64,000 nucleotides of DNA from a virus (taxonomy: Duplodnaviria; Caudoviricetes), in IMG/VR virus record IMGVR_UViG_3300029288_000081, positions 32,001 to 96,000 of that record; one strand, given 5' to 3'. Numbering within the stretch: the stretch's first letter is position 1; each line of letters opens with the position of its first letter. Both the position numbers and the translations under genes were made by a program. Shown one piece after another: positions 50,802 to 60,118 of this stretch. Under the pieces are notes generated by a model. The model saw only the letters and a program-made list of their open reading frames with translations. It had not been told where the DNA came from and did no database searches.

Positions 50802-52678
50802 GGGCCGAGCCTCCGCGGACGCACGCTCTTGCCCTGGCACGCCACGCACTGGACGTCCTTGCTGTCGTACTTGATCGTCCTGCCGAACACCGTCTTGGCG
50901 ATCGCATCGGCACGTCGTTCGACGCCCGCCGGCAGGCGCTGCCCGAGCATCTTCCCGAGATTGTTGCCGTAGCGGTAGTCGAGCGCGTGCCCGAACTCGT
51001 GTGCCATCAGGCCGCGGATGTTCGCGACCGGCAGGTCCTCGGTCTTCGCGGCGAAGGCGACGCGGATGGGGCTACCGTCCATGCAGTAGCCGAACTGCCG
51101 CTCGGAGCCGTGGCCGTTGTCGCCGCCGGCCTTCTCGTCGTGGTGCAGTTCCAGGTCGCCGAAGTCGGGGAACTGCTCGACGAGCGCGTCGAAGCACTCG
51201 TCGAAGGCGGCGCGGACCTTGATCATGGAGTGGCCGTTCGGCGCCAGCCCTGCTTTCGCTCTCGCCTCCATCTTCGTCAGCCGCGTGTAGTAGTCGGGGA
51301 ACTCGCGCAGGTGGTCCATGGCGATCTTGCCGGCCTCGCGCATGTCGCCCGTGTGCTCCTGCTCGACCTCGATTCCCATGCGCAGCTCGTCCATGTCGAC
51401 CGTCGGAGATCCGAGGTCACGCCAGACGGTGAGCGTCTGCCGTTCGGTGGGCTTCATAGCGCTCTCCTGAGTGTGCAGCGTCGGAACGCGACCGTTTGGA
51501 GTCCACAGCTCTCCCGACGCACCCGTTGAACCGAGGACAGGCTCTGGCAAAGTCTTGCCGTCGATAGCGATCACTTCAACCGGCGAGTGGGCGAGCATCG
51601 ACACTTCTGACTGGTCGGTCCCGTAGTACATGAACGACGTGAATCCAAACTCCCAGTCCACGTCTTCCGGTTGCACGACAGCCGTCAGAACGACCTCGCG
51701 CTCGTCCTCGCCAACCGTCTTGTTGTAGACGCCAGCGCCACGCCGGTCGTACGACCAGGACTTCCCCAGCTTATCGAAGCGGATCTTCTCGTGAGACGGC
51801 ACGGACACGGCTCGGTGGACCTCGATGCTACCGTTGCGCCATGCCTTCTGAGCAAAGCCAGCATACTCGGAGGCCCTATCTTCCAGGGTCTCCCTGTCGT
51901 CGTCCCAGTCCAAATCGTTCACGTATCGCTTCGCCCACCCGACAGCGGCTGATTCGCTGCTCAGGAACGCGGGGAACTTCGCGCGCTTTGCGACGCGTCC
52001 CGAGTTCGACGCCATCGTGATCGGCTTCATGACGAACGCGTCTCGGAGGCTACCGTGCCCGAAGTCGATGATGACCGGCCGCTTGCCGGACGCGTACCCA
52101 AGGTTGCCGTGGTGCAGGTCGACGACCTCGACCCCGCGCCACGAGAGCCACTTCACGCCATCGCGGATCTGACGAACGAAGGCTACAGACTCCTCGCTGG
52201 GGAGAAGGGCTTCCTCGCTCGGGTGAAGTACCGCCTCCTGAAGCAGGCGAGCGCGAGGGCCAGCCAGCGTCCTGCTCAGGTTCGTCTTGTTGGCGGTGGT
52301 GACCGGCTCCATCACGATGGCGAACAGGGGGCGTGACCTGTGGACGTCCGTCTCGTCTTCGTAGACGTCCCCGGGCAGACGGTGCACCGAGCGGACGTAC
52401 GGCAAGCCGGTGGGTGCGGTCCCCGTCTTCTTGACGTAGTCGAAGATCATCTTGCAGACGCGCGCGTCCTCTTCGTCGTCGGTGACCTTGAGCACGTCTC
52501 CGCTCGGCAACGCGAAGGCGTGGGCGTAGTGTCCCAGGCCGAGCTGCTTCAGCGGCAGCGTCCGCCCGTCTTCGCTGTGTAGGCCGAGGCTCGCGAGGAA
52601 GTTCGGGGCGCGCAGCAGCGTCGCCTCGATGTCTTCGATGGTCGCACGGTTGGCGGTGAGGCTGACGATCTTGGGCAC
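50798..52678 (-). CDS. polyvalent protein: kinase, unknown domain, DUF5661-like domain, zincin peptidase
   Basis: LGLGHY/VLKVT/DLHHGN/IDFG; 'MGIEVEQEH...IAMDHLREFPDYY'; AHEFGH...ERRAD. Confidence 0.8.
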   Translation of the reverse strand: MPKIVSLTANRATIEDIEATLLRAPNFLASLGLHSEDGRTLPLKQLGLGHYAHAFALPSGDVLKVTDDEEDARVCKMIFDYVKKTGTAPTGLPYVRSVHRLPGDVYEDETDVHRSRPLFAIVMEPVTTANKTNLSRTLAGPRARLLQEAVLHPSEEALLPSEESVAFVRQIRDGVKWLSWRGVEVVDLHHGNLGYASGKRPVIIDFGHGSLRDAFVMKPITMASNSGRVAKRAKFPAFLSSESAAVGWAKRYVNDLDWDDDRETLEDRASEYAGFAQKAWRNGSIEVHRAVSVPSHEKIRFDKLGKSWSYDRRGAGVYNKTVGEDEREVVLTAVVQPEDVDWEFGFTSFMYYGTDQSEVSMLAHSPVEVIAIDGKTLPEPVLGSTGASGELWTPNGRVPTLHTQESAMKPTERQTLTVWRDLGSPTVDMDELRMGIEVEQEHTGDMREAGKIAMDHLREFPDYYTRLTKMEARAKAGLAPNGHSMIKVRAAFDECFDALVEQFPDFGDLELHHDEKAGGDNGHGSERQFGYCMDGSPIRVAFAAKTEDLPVANIRGLMAHEFGHALDYRYGNNLGKMLGQRLPAGVERRADAIAKTVFGRTIKYDSKDVQCVACQGKSVRPRRLGP

Positions 52679-52702
52679 CGCGCCATGGTAGCTCGACGGG
52701 CG

Positions 52703-53107
52703 TCAGTCTCGCCAGATGTCCTCTGTGTCGCCCGCGGCGACGATGGGCTTCCAGCACACGAAGATCATGCCCTTGTGGAACTGTAGGCCGAGCACCGTTG
52801 CCCCACCGCACGTCTCACAAGACAGCCCGATCTCCAACTGCGCTCCGCGAAGACCCACAACGCTGTCGGGCTGCTGCGCGAACGGAAACGTGCCATCGCG
52901 GACGCGTTCCGCGAGCTTACCCGTCTCCGCGTCGAGCGTCCTGACGCCACTCAAGTGAAGGCCGGACGTCGAGGCGCACGAGGGGCAACACAGCGCAGCG
53001 TCGGACATGCCGTCGTCGTTCGTGACCGTGCCCACCGAGCGCCACGGCTCTGAATCGCTGAGTCGTTCGATCGCTTCTCGTCGCCTCTTCTCATCGCCCA
53101 CGGTCAT
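52703..53107 (-). CDS. Zn-ribbon hypothetical protein
   Basis: CPSC, CETC and FHKG motifs. Confidence 0.6.
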   Translation of the reverse strand: MTVGDEKRRREAIERLSDSEPWRSVGTVTNDDGMSDAALCCPSCASTSGLHLSGVRTLDAETGKLAERVRDGTFPFAQQPDSVVGLRGAQLEIGLSCETCGGATVLGLQFHKGMIFVCWKPIVAAGDTEDIWRD

Positions 53108-53110
53108 CGT

Positions 53111-53380
53111 TCAGTTCTCCTTCATCCCGCGGAACCTCTCCACGAGCGCCTCGTACTCTGCGATTCCATCCCGCATCTCCATAGCGTCCGCGATGGCGTG
53201 CTCCAGCTTCCGCTTGAGGTCCACGCGTCCGCCGCCGACAGCGATGATTTCCATGTTAGCCGCTACGAACAGCAGCGCTGCGACCTGAGTCTCCGGAGGT
53301 ATGAGTTCCTTCGACATCTGCGCGAGCGCTGCATGGATCAGGCGCTGTGCGTTCTGGCTGTTGTCGTCGTCGTCCATCAC
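53111..53380 (-). CDS. hypothetical protein
   Basis: Member of a coupled operon. Confidence 0.55.
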   Translation of the reverse strand: MMDDDDNSQNAQRLIHAALAQMSKELIPPETQVAALLFVAANMEIIAVGGGRVDLKRKLEHAIADAMEMRDGIAEYEALVERFRGMKEN

Positions 53381-53841
53381 GTCCCCGCTTTCGTGGCTTC
53401 ATTCTCTCGGAGCGTGGCCAGTGCGCGATCTCCTGCTGCGAGAGCGGGCCCCGCAGACGTGCGAGCCGCCTCCATCGCGTCGAGCGCGCCCGCCACGAAG
53501 TGCTCCGACCTCTTCAGGAACTCCGCACGCACCATCAGCGTCGTCTCGCGAAGTGGGGTGACCGTGGCCACGACGGCCGCTTTCGACTGCGAGGTCATCG
53601 CCATCACCACGTCGATCAGCATTCCCGTCGGAGTCTGCAACTCGTGAAAGAAGAGTCCCCAGGTTCCGCGCCGACGTTCCAGAACGATGTATGCGACCGA
53701 GACGCTGGCACTCCGAGGCGGCATCGACATCGAGAACTCGACCGGGTCTTGGCGAGCACGCTCTGCAAGAGCTGCTTCGATTGCCGCGACTCGATCGGCT
53801 ACCTGCTGAGCAACCGTGACCAGATGAACTTCTTCCGACAT
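53377..53841 (-). CDS. hypothetical protein
   Basis: TGATG coupling. Confidence 0.55.
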   Translation of the reverse strand: MSEEVHLVTVAQQVADRVAAIEAALAERARQDPVEFSMSMPPRSASVSVAYIVLERRRGTWGLFFHELQTPTGMLIDVVMAMTSQSKAAVVATVTPLRETTLMVRAEFLKRSEHFVAGALDAMEAARTSAGPALAAGDRALATLRENEATKAGT

Positions 53842-55106
53842 CAGCGCCTCGCTCGACAGAGAACACAGATCGACCGCAGCTCGTTGTGGGGACACGAGGG
53901 TGGGCGCGGCGGGGTGACGAGCTTCACGTTGGGGTCCGCCCAGTGCAGCCGCTTCGACGGGTCGCCCGGAAGCGGACCGGTCATGAACATGCCGTCGAGC
54001 TTCGGCTCGGCGATTGCTGCCAGGTAGCCCTCGGTCTGCGTGTGGGCGAACGACGCTTCGAGCTGCTCGACGACACCGGGGCCGGTCAGAGCGGGCAGAG
54101 GTGCGTCAGAGACCTCGACCTTGAACATCTGCCTCGGTCCCTCCTGGTGCGGGACCCCGAGAGCGTCGAGCGTTTCGAGGATGCCCTCGCCGACCGGGAT
54201 CGGCTTCGTTCCGAGCTGACCAGCATGGTCAGCGAAGACGTCCCAGGCCTTCTCGCGCACCTCGGCCGGAGCGTTCGGGTCGAACACGTCCTCGGGGTCG
54301 AGGACGGGCTCTTCGCCCTGCTCGCGCAGGGCCTGCGCGGCCTCGGCGGCGCCGCTGGGCAGGTCTCGCTCTGCGATGCCTCCGGACTCGGCCATCGAGC
54401 GTCTGTCTTCGTCGGTGGGCGGCGAGATGGCAGCAGTCTTCTTCGCACGCGTCTTCTTCGGCGGCGGCTCGGGCTCCGTCGGAGACTCGGGGGCGGTCTG
54501 CGAGATCTCCATGGCGGACGCGACCACCGCGGCATCGTTGCCCCAGCTCGTCCACTCGGGACGCAGGGACCTCGCGAAGAACTCGACGTACGGACCCTGG
54601 GAGCGAGACTCGATCATGTCGTAAAAGACCTTCGGCTTCGCCGAGTGCTTCCGCTTGCCGTTCTCCATCTCGTGCTCGGCCTCGATGGAATCGCCATCGG
54701 GGAAGTAACTGTCGCCGTCCGCCTCGTCCGTGTCGAGCGCGCTCTCGATGTCGTTGGGAGCCGTCCTCACCGCCCAGCCACGACCGATCGTGCCGAACAG
54801 GAGCAGCTCGTGCTTGCCGCGGAAGTACCGGCCGATTCCCGGACGCTTCTTCGTCCACGCGACGTTCGTGATGTACCGAACGCCCAGCTCGTTCAGAAGC
54901 CATAGGCCGTCGGGCAAGAAGTTGTTCGTCACCCAGCAGTACACGTGCGCGTTCTCGCCCGGCGTCCACAGTCCCGATGCGCGAATCACACCGGGCATGG
55001 CCGTCGTCTTCAGCAGGTCATAGTGCCTCTGCGCGCCCCGCTTGATCTTGCCTGCGCCGCGCTCTTCCCACGGAGGGTCAAGTAGAGATGTCTTCCAGAT
55101 GATCAT
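53841..55106 (-). CDS. MT-A70 family N6-adenine methyltransferase with long acidic C-terminal extension
   Basis: DPPW, WVTN, RGKHELLLFG, HSAKP, EFFAR..WGN. Confidence 0.9.
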   Translation of the reverse strand: MIIWKTSLLDPPWEERGAGKIKRGAQRHYDLLKTTAMPGVIRASGLWTPGENAHVYCWVTNNFLPDGLWLLNELGVRYITNVAWTKKRPGIGRYFRGKHELLLFGTIGRGWAVRTAPNDIESALDTDEADGDSYFPDGDSIEAEHEMENGKRKHSAKPKVFYDMIESRSQGPYVEFFARSLRPEWTSWGNDAAVVASAMEISQTAPESPTEPEPPPKKTRAKKTAAISPPTDEDRRSMAESGGIAERDLPSGAAEAAQALREQGEEPVLDPEDVFDPNAPAEVREKAWDVFADHAGQLGTKPIPVGEGILETLDALGVPHQEGPRQMFKVEVSDAPLPALTGPGVVEQLEASFAHTQTEGYLAAIAEPKLDGMFMTGPLPGDPSKRLHWADPNVKLVTPPRPPSCPHNELRSICVLCRARR

Positions 55107-55582
55107 CGGATCCCCTTGTACGTGCGACCGGTGCGAACCTGGCTCACGGCGCCTGGTGTCACACCAAGCGACGCGGCAATCCTTGACGCCGTCTCACCTG
55201 CCGCCAGCCGGCGACGCACGGCTCTCAGGTGCTCACGCAGAAGACTCGTGTGCTTCTTGCGTCCACCTGCCATCCGCCCCTTGTTGAGAGCGTCGCGGAT
55301 GTTCTGCTTGCGCGTTCCAACAAACAGGTGACGCAAGTTCAAGCACCTCCGGACGTCGCACCTGTGACAGACGTCGAGGTGAGAAGGCACGGCCCCGTGC
55401 TTCAGTTCGTACGCGACACGATGCGCCTGCTTCATACGCTTTCGGCCATCGACCCAGACCATGATCACGCCGTAGCCCTTGTTGGTCGCAGCGCACCACA
55501 GGTGGCACCCGTGCGGGCCGGCGGCGCGATCCACCTTCGCCTCAAGACGATCTCGCAGGTCGCGGCGCGTGCCGTTATTCAC
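55103..55582 (-). CDS. HNH homing endonuclease (HNH_3) with C-terminal HTH
   Basis: CHLW, KGYG, AHRVAY, CHRCDVRRCLNLRHLFVGT..N. Confidence 0.9.
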   Translation of the reverse strand: MNNGTRRDLRDRLEAKVDRAAGPHGCHLWCAATNKGYGVIMVWVDGRKRMKQAHRVAYELKHGAVPSHLDVCHRCDVRRCLNLRHLFVGTRKQNIRDALNKGRMAGGRKKHTSLLREHLRAVRRRLAAGETASRIAASLGVTPGAVSQVRTGRTYKGIR

Positions 55583-55993
55583 GGCCGCTCTCCTGACCCG
55601 CGCAGGACTCGGCGCAGCGGTTCACGCACGTGAGCATAGACGCAGGCGAGGGCCTGGACCTCGCCGCCAAGGCTGCGGTTGTCGTGTGGTAGGTCATGAT
55701 GTTCCAGACCACCCAGCCCAGCAGCGTCGCGCCGCTCATGACGAGCATCACCCACATCTTCTGATCTCCACTCATCGCGTTCTTCCTTCTCTCCTCATCC
55801 AAGTCCGGCCCTCCGAGGCGGCGCATCGCTTCTGCTCGCCGCTGACTCACGCGAGCCGCGAGAAGTGCGACCAGTGTGTGGTAGGCCGCGACAACAAGCG
55901 CAAGCAGCGCGAGCGGTGCGAGCGTGAGTGCCATGTTGCCGAACGGGGTGGTGCGCAGATCGGCGATCAGTGCGCTCAGCGCGTCCATCTGAC

Positions 55994-56152
55994 TCAGCGT
56001 TCCTGCTGCCAGCGCCACACGGTCGACGGCACACGGCCGATCTTCTTGGCGATCTCACGCATCGTCGCGCCCGCGCGGGTCATGACCTTGATGGTCTTCT
56101 TCTCCTTGTCGGAGAGCCGCGTCGCCTTCTTCTTGGTCTTCTTCTTCGCCAT
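55994..56152 (-). CDS. small helix-turn-helix protein
   Basis: 'LSDKEK...GATMREIAKKIGRVPSTVWR'; GGAGG SD. Confidence 0.75.
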   Translation of the reverse strand: MAKKKTKKKATRLSDKEKKTIKVMTRAGATMREIAKKIGRVPSTVWRWQQER

Positions 56153-56160
56153 GGGTCCTC

Positions 56161-56493
56161 CTAGAACCTCCGCAGCCACTCGTTCGTCAGGTTTCGTACC
56201 CGCGCCTCCGTCTTGCCCAACCGGGCAAGCGAGCCATGCCCGTGCTTCCGTTCGAGCATCCGGAGGATGTTGCGCAGGTGCGATGTCTCCAGCTCGCGGA
56301 TGAGCAGGACTTCGCCTTCCTTCGTCTGCCACAGGTGCGGGTCCAGCCCGTTCTCGGTGTCGAACGGATCCCAGTCGAGGTCGTTACCGCTGTCGTCCCC
56401 GAACCCCAGCGGCGGCCCCCACTCACCGAGGAGCGGGTACCACGCCTGACCGGCAGGCATCGGGCCGTCGGGGACTGGGATAATCTTGCTCAC
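56161..56493 (-). CDS. hypothetical phage protein
   Basis: 'WQTKEG...IRELETSHLRNILRML' phage-type motif. Confidence 0.65.
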   Translation of the reverse strand: MSKIIPVPDGPMPAGQAWYPLLGEWGPPLGFGDDSGNDLDWDPFDTENGLDPHLWQTKEGEVLLIRELETSHLRNILRMLERKHGHGSLARLGKTEARVRNLTNEWLRRF

Positions 56494-57005
56494 CGCTCCA
56501 CGCGCCCCGTTGCCTCGCGCATCGCGTCGAGCATCGCGCGCTTCTCCTCTTCGATCTTCTTGAGGTCGATCCCGTAGTAGCTGGCGAGCAGGTCCTCGGT
56601 GCTCTTGCGGACGCGGACGTACTCGCCGTCGCGACCGGACTCAGGGTTGACGTAGCGCTCGCAGAGCGCGATGCCCTGCGCGCCCAGCCACTCCAGGAAG
56701 AAGGCGATCGTGTGCGAGCTGGACGAGACGAGCTTCAGCTTCTCGTGCTCTGGGTACTCATTCACCGGACACCTCCGCCCCGCCCGAAGCCGGCCCCGGG
56801 GGCGCGGTGGTCGCGGGCACGTGGACCTCAACGATGGGCAGATCGTAGAGCACGGCGACGGCGAGCAGGACGCGCGTCGTCTCGTCCGCGTCGAGAGGCC
56901 TGAGCGCCAGGAGGACGTCCCGGAGAGCGTCCTCGATCTTTTCGACCCTGACCCACTCGTCCCTCTCGGCCTTCTCATCGGCTTCGTTCGGATTGGTTGT
57001 CACGA

Positions 57006-57386
57006 TCACCGGACACCTCCGCCCGGCTTGAAGCCGTTGGGGTACCGACGGGCGACCTTGTCCCGGTTGTGCTCGGCGATCTCGGCGAGGTTGCTGTCGA
57101 TCGCCTCCGCGAGGCACTGGAGATAGAAGAGCGTGTCACCGGCCTCCTCGATCATCTTGGCGCGATCGAGCGGCTTGCCGTGGAAGAGGTGCTTCTTGAT
57201 GAGGTCGATCAGCTCCCCGCCCTCACCAGCGAGTCCGAGCGCACCGAGCGTCAGCAGCTCCCTACGCTGCTCGTCGGTGAACGGCGGCAGAGTCAGACCG
57301 ACCCGCTTCGTGCTCGGCGGAAGGTTTCGCCGAACAGCCTCGGCGTAGTCTTCGATGTGGAAGTCCTTCTGGCAGCCGTACCCCAT
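57006..57386 (-). CDS. MazG-like nucleotide pyrophosphohydrolase
   Basis: LGLAGEGGE..D..KKHLFHG, EEAGDTLFY, N.DK..RYP.GF. Confidence 0.9.
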   Translation of the reverse strand: MGYGCQKDFHIEDYAEAVRRNLPPSTKRVGLTLPPFTDEQRRELLTLGALGLAGEGGELIDLIKKHLFHGKPLDRAKMIEEAGDTLFYLQCLAEAIDSNLAEIAEHNRDKVARRYPNGFKPGGGVR

Positions 57387-57434
57387 GCGTCGCTCCTTCT
57401 GCTATCCTCTGAACCTGTCTGACACCGCACTGTA

Positions 57435-58478
57435 GTGGTGCGTCGAAAGAAAGCAAGCGATAAGTCGGTGCGACGCGGTGAACGCAAAGTGACCACTGTT
57501 TCACCGCAGGCGCTGTGGTACCGGCAGCGTGTGAACGATCCTGGTTTTCGGGAGACCAGAAACGCTGCCGCACGCTCTGCGCGAGCGAGCACGGCGCCCG
57601 AAGAGCGTAGGGCGAACGGGATCAAGAAAAACGCGGCTCAACGCGCCGCGTACGCCGCACTGTCGCCAGGTGAACGAAGCGCTCGTGCCCAGAGATCGAC
57701 GGAGGCGAGCAGGCTTCGTCTGGCCGCGTTGACGCCGGCCGAGCAAGAGAAGCGCAGGCTCAAGAAGAACGCGGACCAGAACGCGAGGCGTGCCGCGCTG
57801 CCGCTGGATGAGCGAAGGGCTATCGCCAAGAGGCCGGAGGCGGTCCGGCTCAGAGTAAACGCGGCCCAGAACGCGAAGCGCGCCGTGATGTCACCGGCAG
57901 AGCGCAAGGCAAAAGACGCCGCGGGTCAGGCCGGGCGATCGAAGGCAAGCCTGATCAAGAAGAACGGGTACGAGCGCGAAAAATACAGGCGCCGCGTCGC
58001 CTTCGTGAACTCTCTGAAGAAAGACCCGTGCCTCGACTGCGGAAAGCGGTACGCGCCGTACGTCATGGACTTCGATCACCGCCCGGGAACCACGAAGGTG
58101 TCCGCCGTGGGGAATATGTTCGGGGTGAGCATCGAGCGTGTTCTCGAAGAGATCTCGAAGTGCGACCTCGTCTGCTCGAACTGTCACCGGGAGCGCACGC
58201 ACCTGCGCCGTGGCCCCAGCGCGACCTCGAAAAACGCACGTCAGCGCGCTTTGATCGCATCACACAAAAACGCACCGTGCGCTGACTGCTGTGTCACGTA
58301 TCCCCCGTACGTGATGGATCTTGACCATCGTCCAGGAGTCACGAAAGTGGCGGCAGTTGGAGCGCTACTGGGACGGTGCGCGCCGCCGAGCCGTATCTCA
58401 GAGGAGATTGCGAAGTGCGACGCGGTCTGCTCCAACTGTCACCGCGAACGCACTTACCAGCGAAGGAAGCAAACGTGA
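57435..58478 (+). CDS. tandem double HNH endonuclease with N-terminal basic helical repeats
   Basis: Two copies of PCxDC...YVMDxDHRPG...KCDxVCSNCHRERT. Confidence 0.85.
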   Translation: MVRRKKASDKSVRRGERKVTTVSPQALWYRQRVNDPGFRETRNAAARSARASTAPEERRANGIKKNAAQRAAYAALSPGERSARAQRSTEASRLRLAALTPAEQEKRRLKKNADQNARRAALPLDERRAIAKRPEAVRLRVNAAQNAKRAVMSPAERKAKDAAGQAGRSKASLIKKNGYEREKYRRRVAFVNSLKKDPCLDCGKRYAPYVMDFDHRPGTTKVSAVGNMFGVSIERVLEEISKCDLVCSNCHRERTHLRRGPSATSKNARQRALIASHKNAPCADCCVTYPPYVMDLDHRPGVTKVAAVGALLGRCAPPSRISEEIAKCDAVCSNCHRERTYQRRKQT

Positions 58479-58909
58479 AATCGCACAACTGGATCACCGA
58501 CAACATCGCTCAGGGTGGGGCGCTGGCTCTGCCATCGGCCTTCGAGGTCGCCGACATTCTGGTCCTCTGTGCAGAGGAATTGCAAAAGCCGAAGCTGGTC
58601 GTGCCGCCTGGCAAGACCGTCATCCGGCTCGGCTTCGACGACGATATCTACCGGCCGATCCCGCCCGAGGCCGGCAAGATCTTCCACGCTCACGCGCAGC
58701 AGCTCGGCAAGCTCGCTCTGTCCGGGCGCAAGATCATGATCACCTGCGCGATGGGTCTGAACCGCTCCGGGCTCATCACGGCCCTGACGCTCATGCACGG
58801 CTACCGGATGCGCCCATCAGAGGCCATCAAGCTCATCCGCGGTCGCCGCAGCAAGGACTGCCTCTGCAACCCGATGTTCGAGCAGTGGCTCCTGAGCCAC
58901 GAGCGATGA
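58475..58909 (+). CDS. dual-specificity protein phosphatase
   Basis: FDDD acid loop, CAMGLNRS (Cx5R), NPMF. Confidence 0.88.
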   Translation: MKSHNWITDNIAQGGALALPSAFEVADILVLCAEELQKPKLVVPPGKTVIRLGFDDDIYRPIPPEAGKIFHAHAQQLGKLALSGRKIMITCAMGLNRSGLITALTLMHGYRMRPSEAIKLIRGRRSKDCLCNPMFEQWLLSHER

Positions 58910-59310
58910 CGGTCGGCGAGCGGGGAGTCATCATCGAGTTCGACAAGCTGCCGAAGCAGCTTGGGCGGGTGGGGAGTGTCGAAGCGCTCTACGCGGCCTG
59001 GCGCAGGATGCAGTCGTCGGTGTGCTCGCATGCCCTGCTCAACGGCATGCCGAAGGTGATCTGGTACCTCGCCAAGCGCATCTACGAGGTCGAGCCGCAC
59101 ATGGCCGCCGAGGCCATCCGCCGCGGGGACTCAGCCGTGTTCGTGCTGGTGCTCGTGCGGCTGTCTCAGATCGACGCCGCCATGGTGGCCGCCGGTAAGT
59201 CGCTCGCCGACCGTTCGCCGGTCATCTACGCGAAGCACCTCGTCGAGGGCTTCCGCACCGTCGCCGACGAGTCGTTCGTCGCGCTGGGCGGCACGCCGCT
59301 GCCGCTCTAG
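58906..59310 (+). CDS. hypothetical protein
   Basis: ATGA overlap. Confidence 0.6.
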   Translation: MTVGERGVIIEFDKLPKQLGRVGSVEALYAAWRRMQSSVCSHALLNGMPKVIWYLAKRIYEVEPHMAAEAIRRGDSAVFVLVLVRLSQIDAAMVAAGKSLADRSPVIYAKHLVEGFRTVADESFVALGGTPLPL

Positions 59311-59711
59311 GAGCGGGCTCGCAGGCGGTCGATCTGCGCCAGGAGCGCTGCAATCGTGTGCCGTGGCCCCCTGGGCAGCCAAGCGCCGAGCATGTGGGCG
59401 CGTGCTTCCGCCTCGATGGTCGCGAGGTCCTCGTCCGTGTCGCAGGCTGTGATGGCGGAGATCTCCGCAGCCACGGACGCAGGCGGCACCTGCGACTGGA
59501 GCTGCGTCACGAGCGCCTTGCGGTCCGCATCGGAGAGGCTCGCCAGGAGCGTCGCGGTCGTCTGCTCCAGCGTCGGGCCACGCCTCGCGTCGTGGAACGC
59601 GTTGCGCTGCGCTCGGGTCACCAGGCCCGTGTCACGGCATGTGCCGCAGGGACCGGCGATGTTCCCGTTGTCGCACGCCGGGCATCCGTAGGTACGGCTG
59701 AGGTCGCTCAC
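59307..59711 (-). CDS. hypothetical protein with DnaJ-like CxxCxxG motifs
   Basis: CPACDNG and CGTCRDTG. Confidence 0.55.
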   Translation of the reverse strand: MSDLSRTYGCPACDNGNIAGPCGTCRDTGLVTRAQRNAFHDARRGPTLEQTTATLLASLSDADRKALVTQLQSQVPPASVAAEISAITACDTDEDLATIEAEARAHMLGAWLPRGPRHTIAALLAQIDRLRARS

Positions 59712-60109
59712 CGCTGAACCGCCCGAAGGATGGCCGGGTCGAGGGACCCGGAGCGGATGCCGACGTCGACCCAGCGACGCACCTCGTCCCAGTCGATCCT
59801 GAGCGGGCTGAGCTTGCCGCAGGCGCAGCCCATCGGGACGATGATGCCCTGCCGCGTCGGCTGCCACGGGGGCGGCTGCACGTTCGGGACCTGGCCGCAG
59901 AACATCATCGCGACCTCACCCCACGGGGAGATGGCCTTCCACTGCCGGCCGCAGTGCTTGCAGTTGCCGGTCATGATCATCCCGCGCCGGGTCGAGGCGT
60001 CCTGAACCATCAGGTCCTGCTCGTCGCCGAGCCCGGCCATCATGTCCTCGGCCGTCGCCTTGCTGTCCTGGCCATCGCTCCAGGCCTTGGTCTTGTCCAC
60101 GATGCTCAT
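59708..60109 (-). CDS. Zn-binding hypothetical protein
   Basis: TTGTCC-17-TAGGCT-6-ATG promoter; CKHC and CAC motifs. Confidence 0.65.
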   Translation of the reverse strand: MSIVDKTKAWSDGQDSKATAEDMMAGLGDEQDLMVQDASTRRGMIMTGNCKHCGRQWKAISPWGEVAMMFCGQVPNVQPPPWQPTRQGIIVPMGCACGKLSPLRIDWDEVRRWVDVGIRSGSLDPAILRAVQR

Positions 60110-60118
60110 GGCCGGAGC

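Noticed and set aside
53841-55582. HNH as part of a group I intron splitting the MT-A70 gene
   Set aside because: The methyltransferase is intact from its own coupled ATG with DPPW near the N-terminus; no upstream exon is evident.
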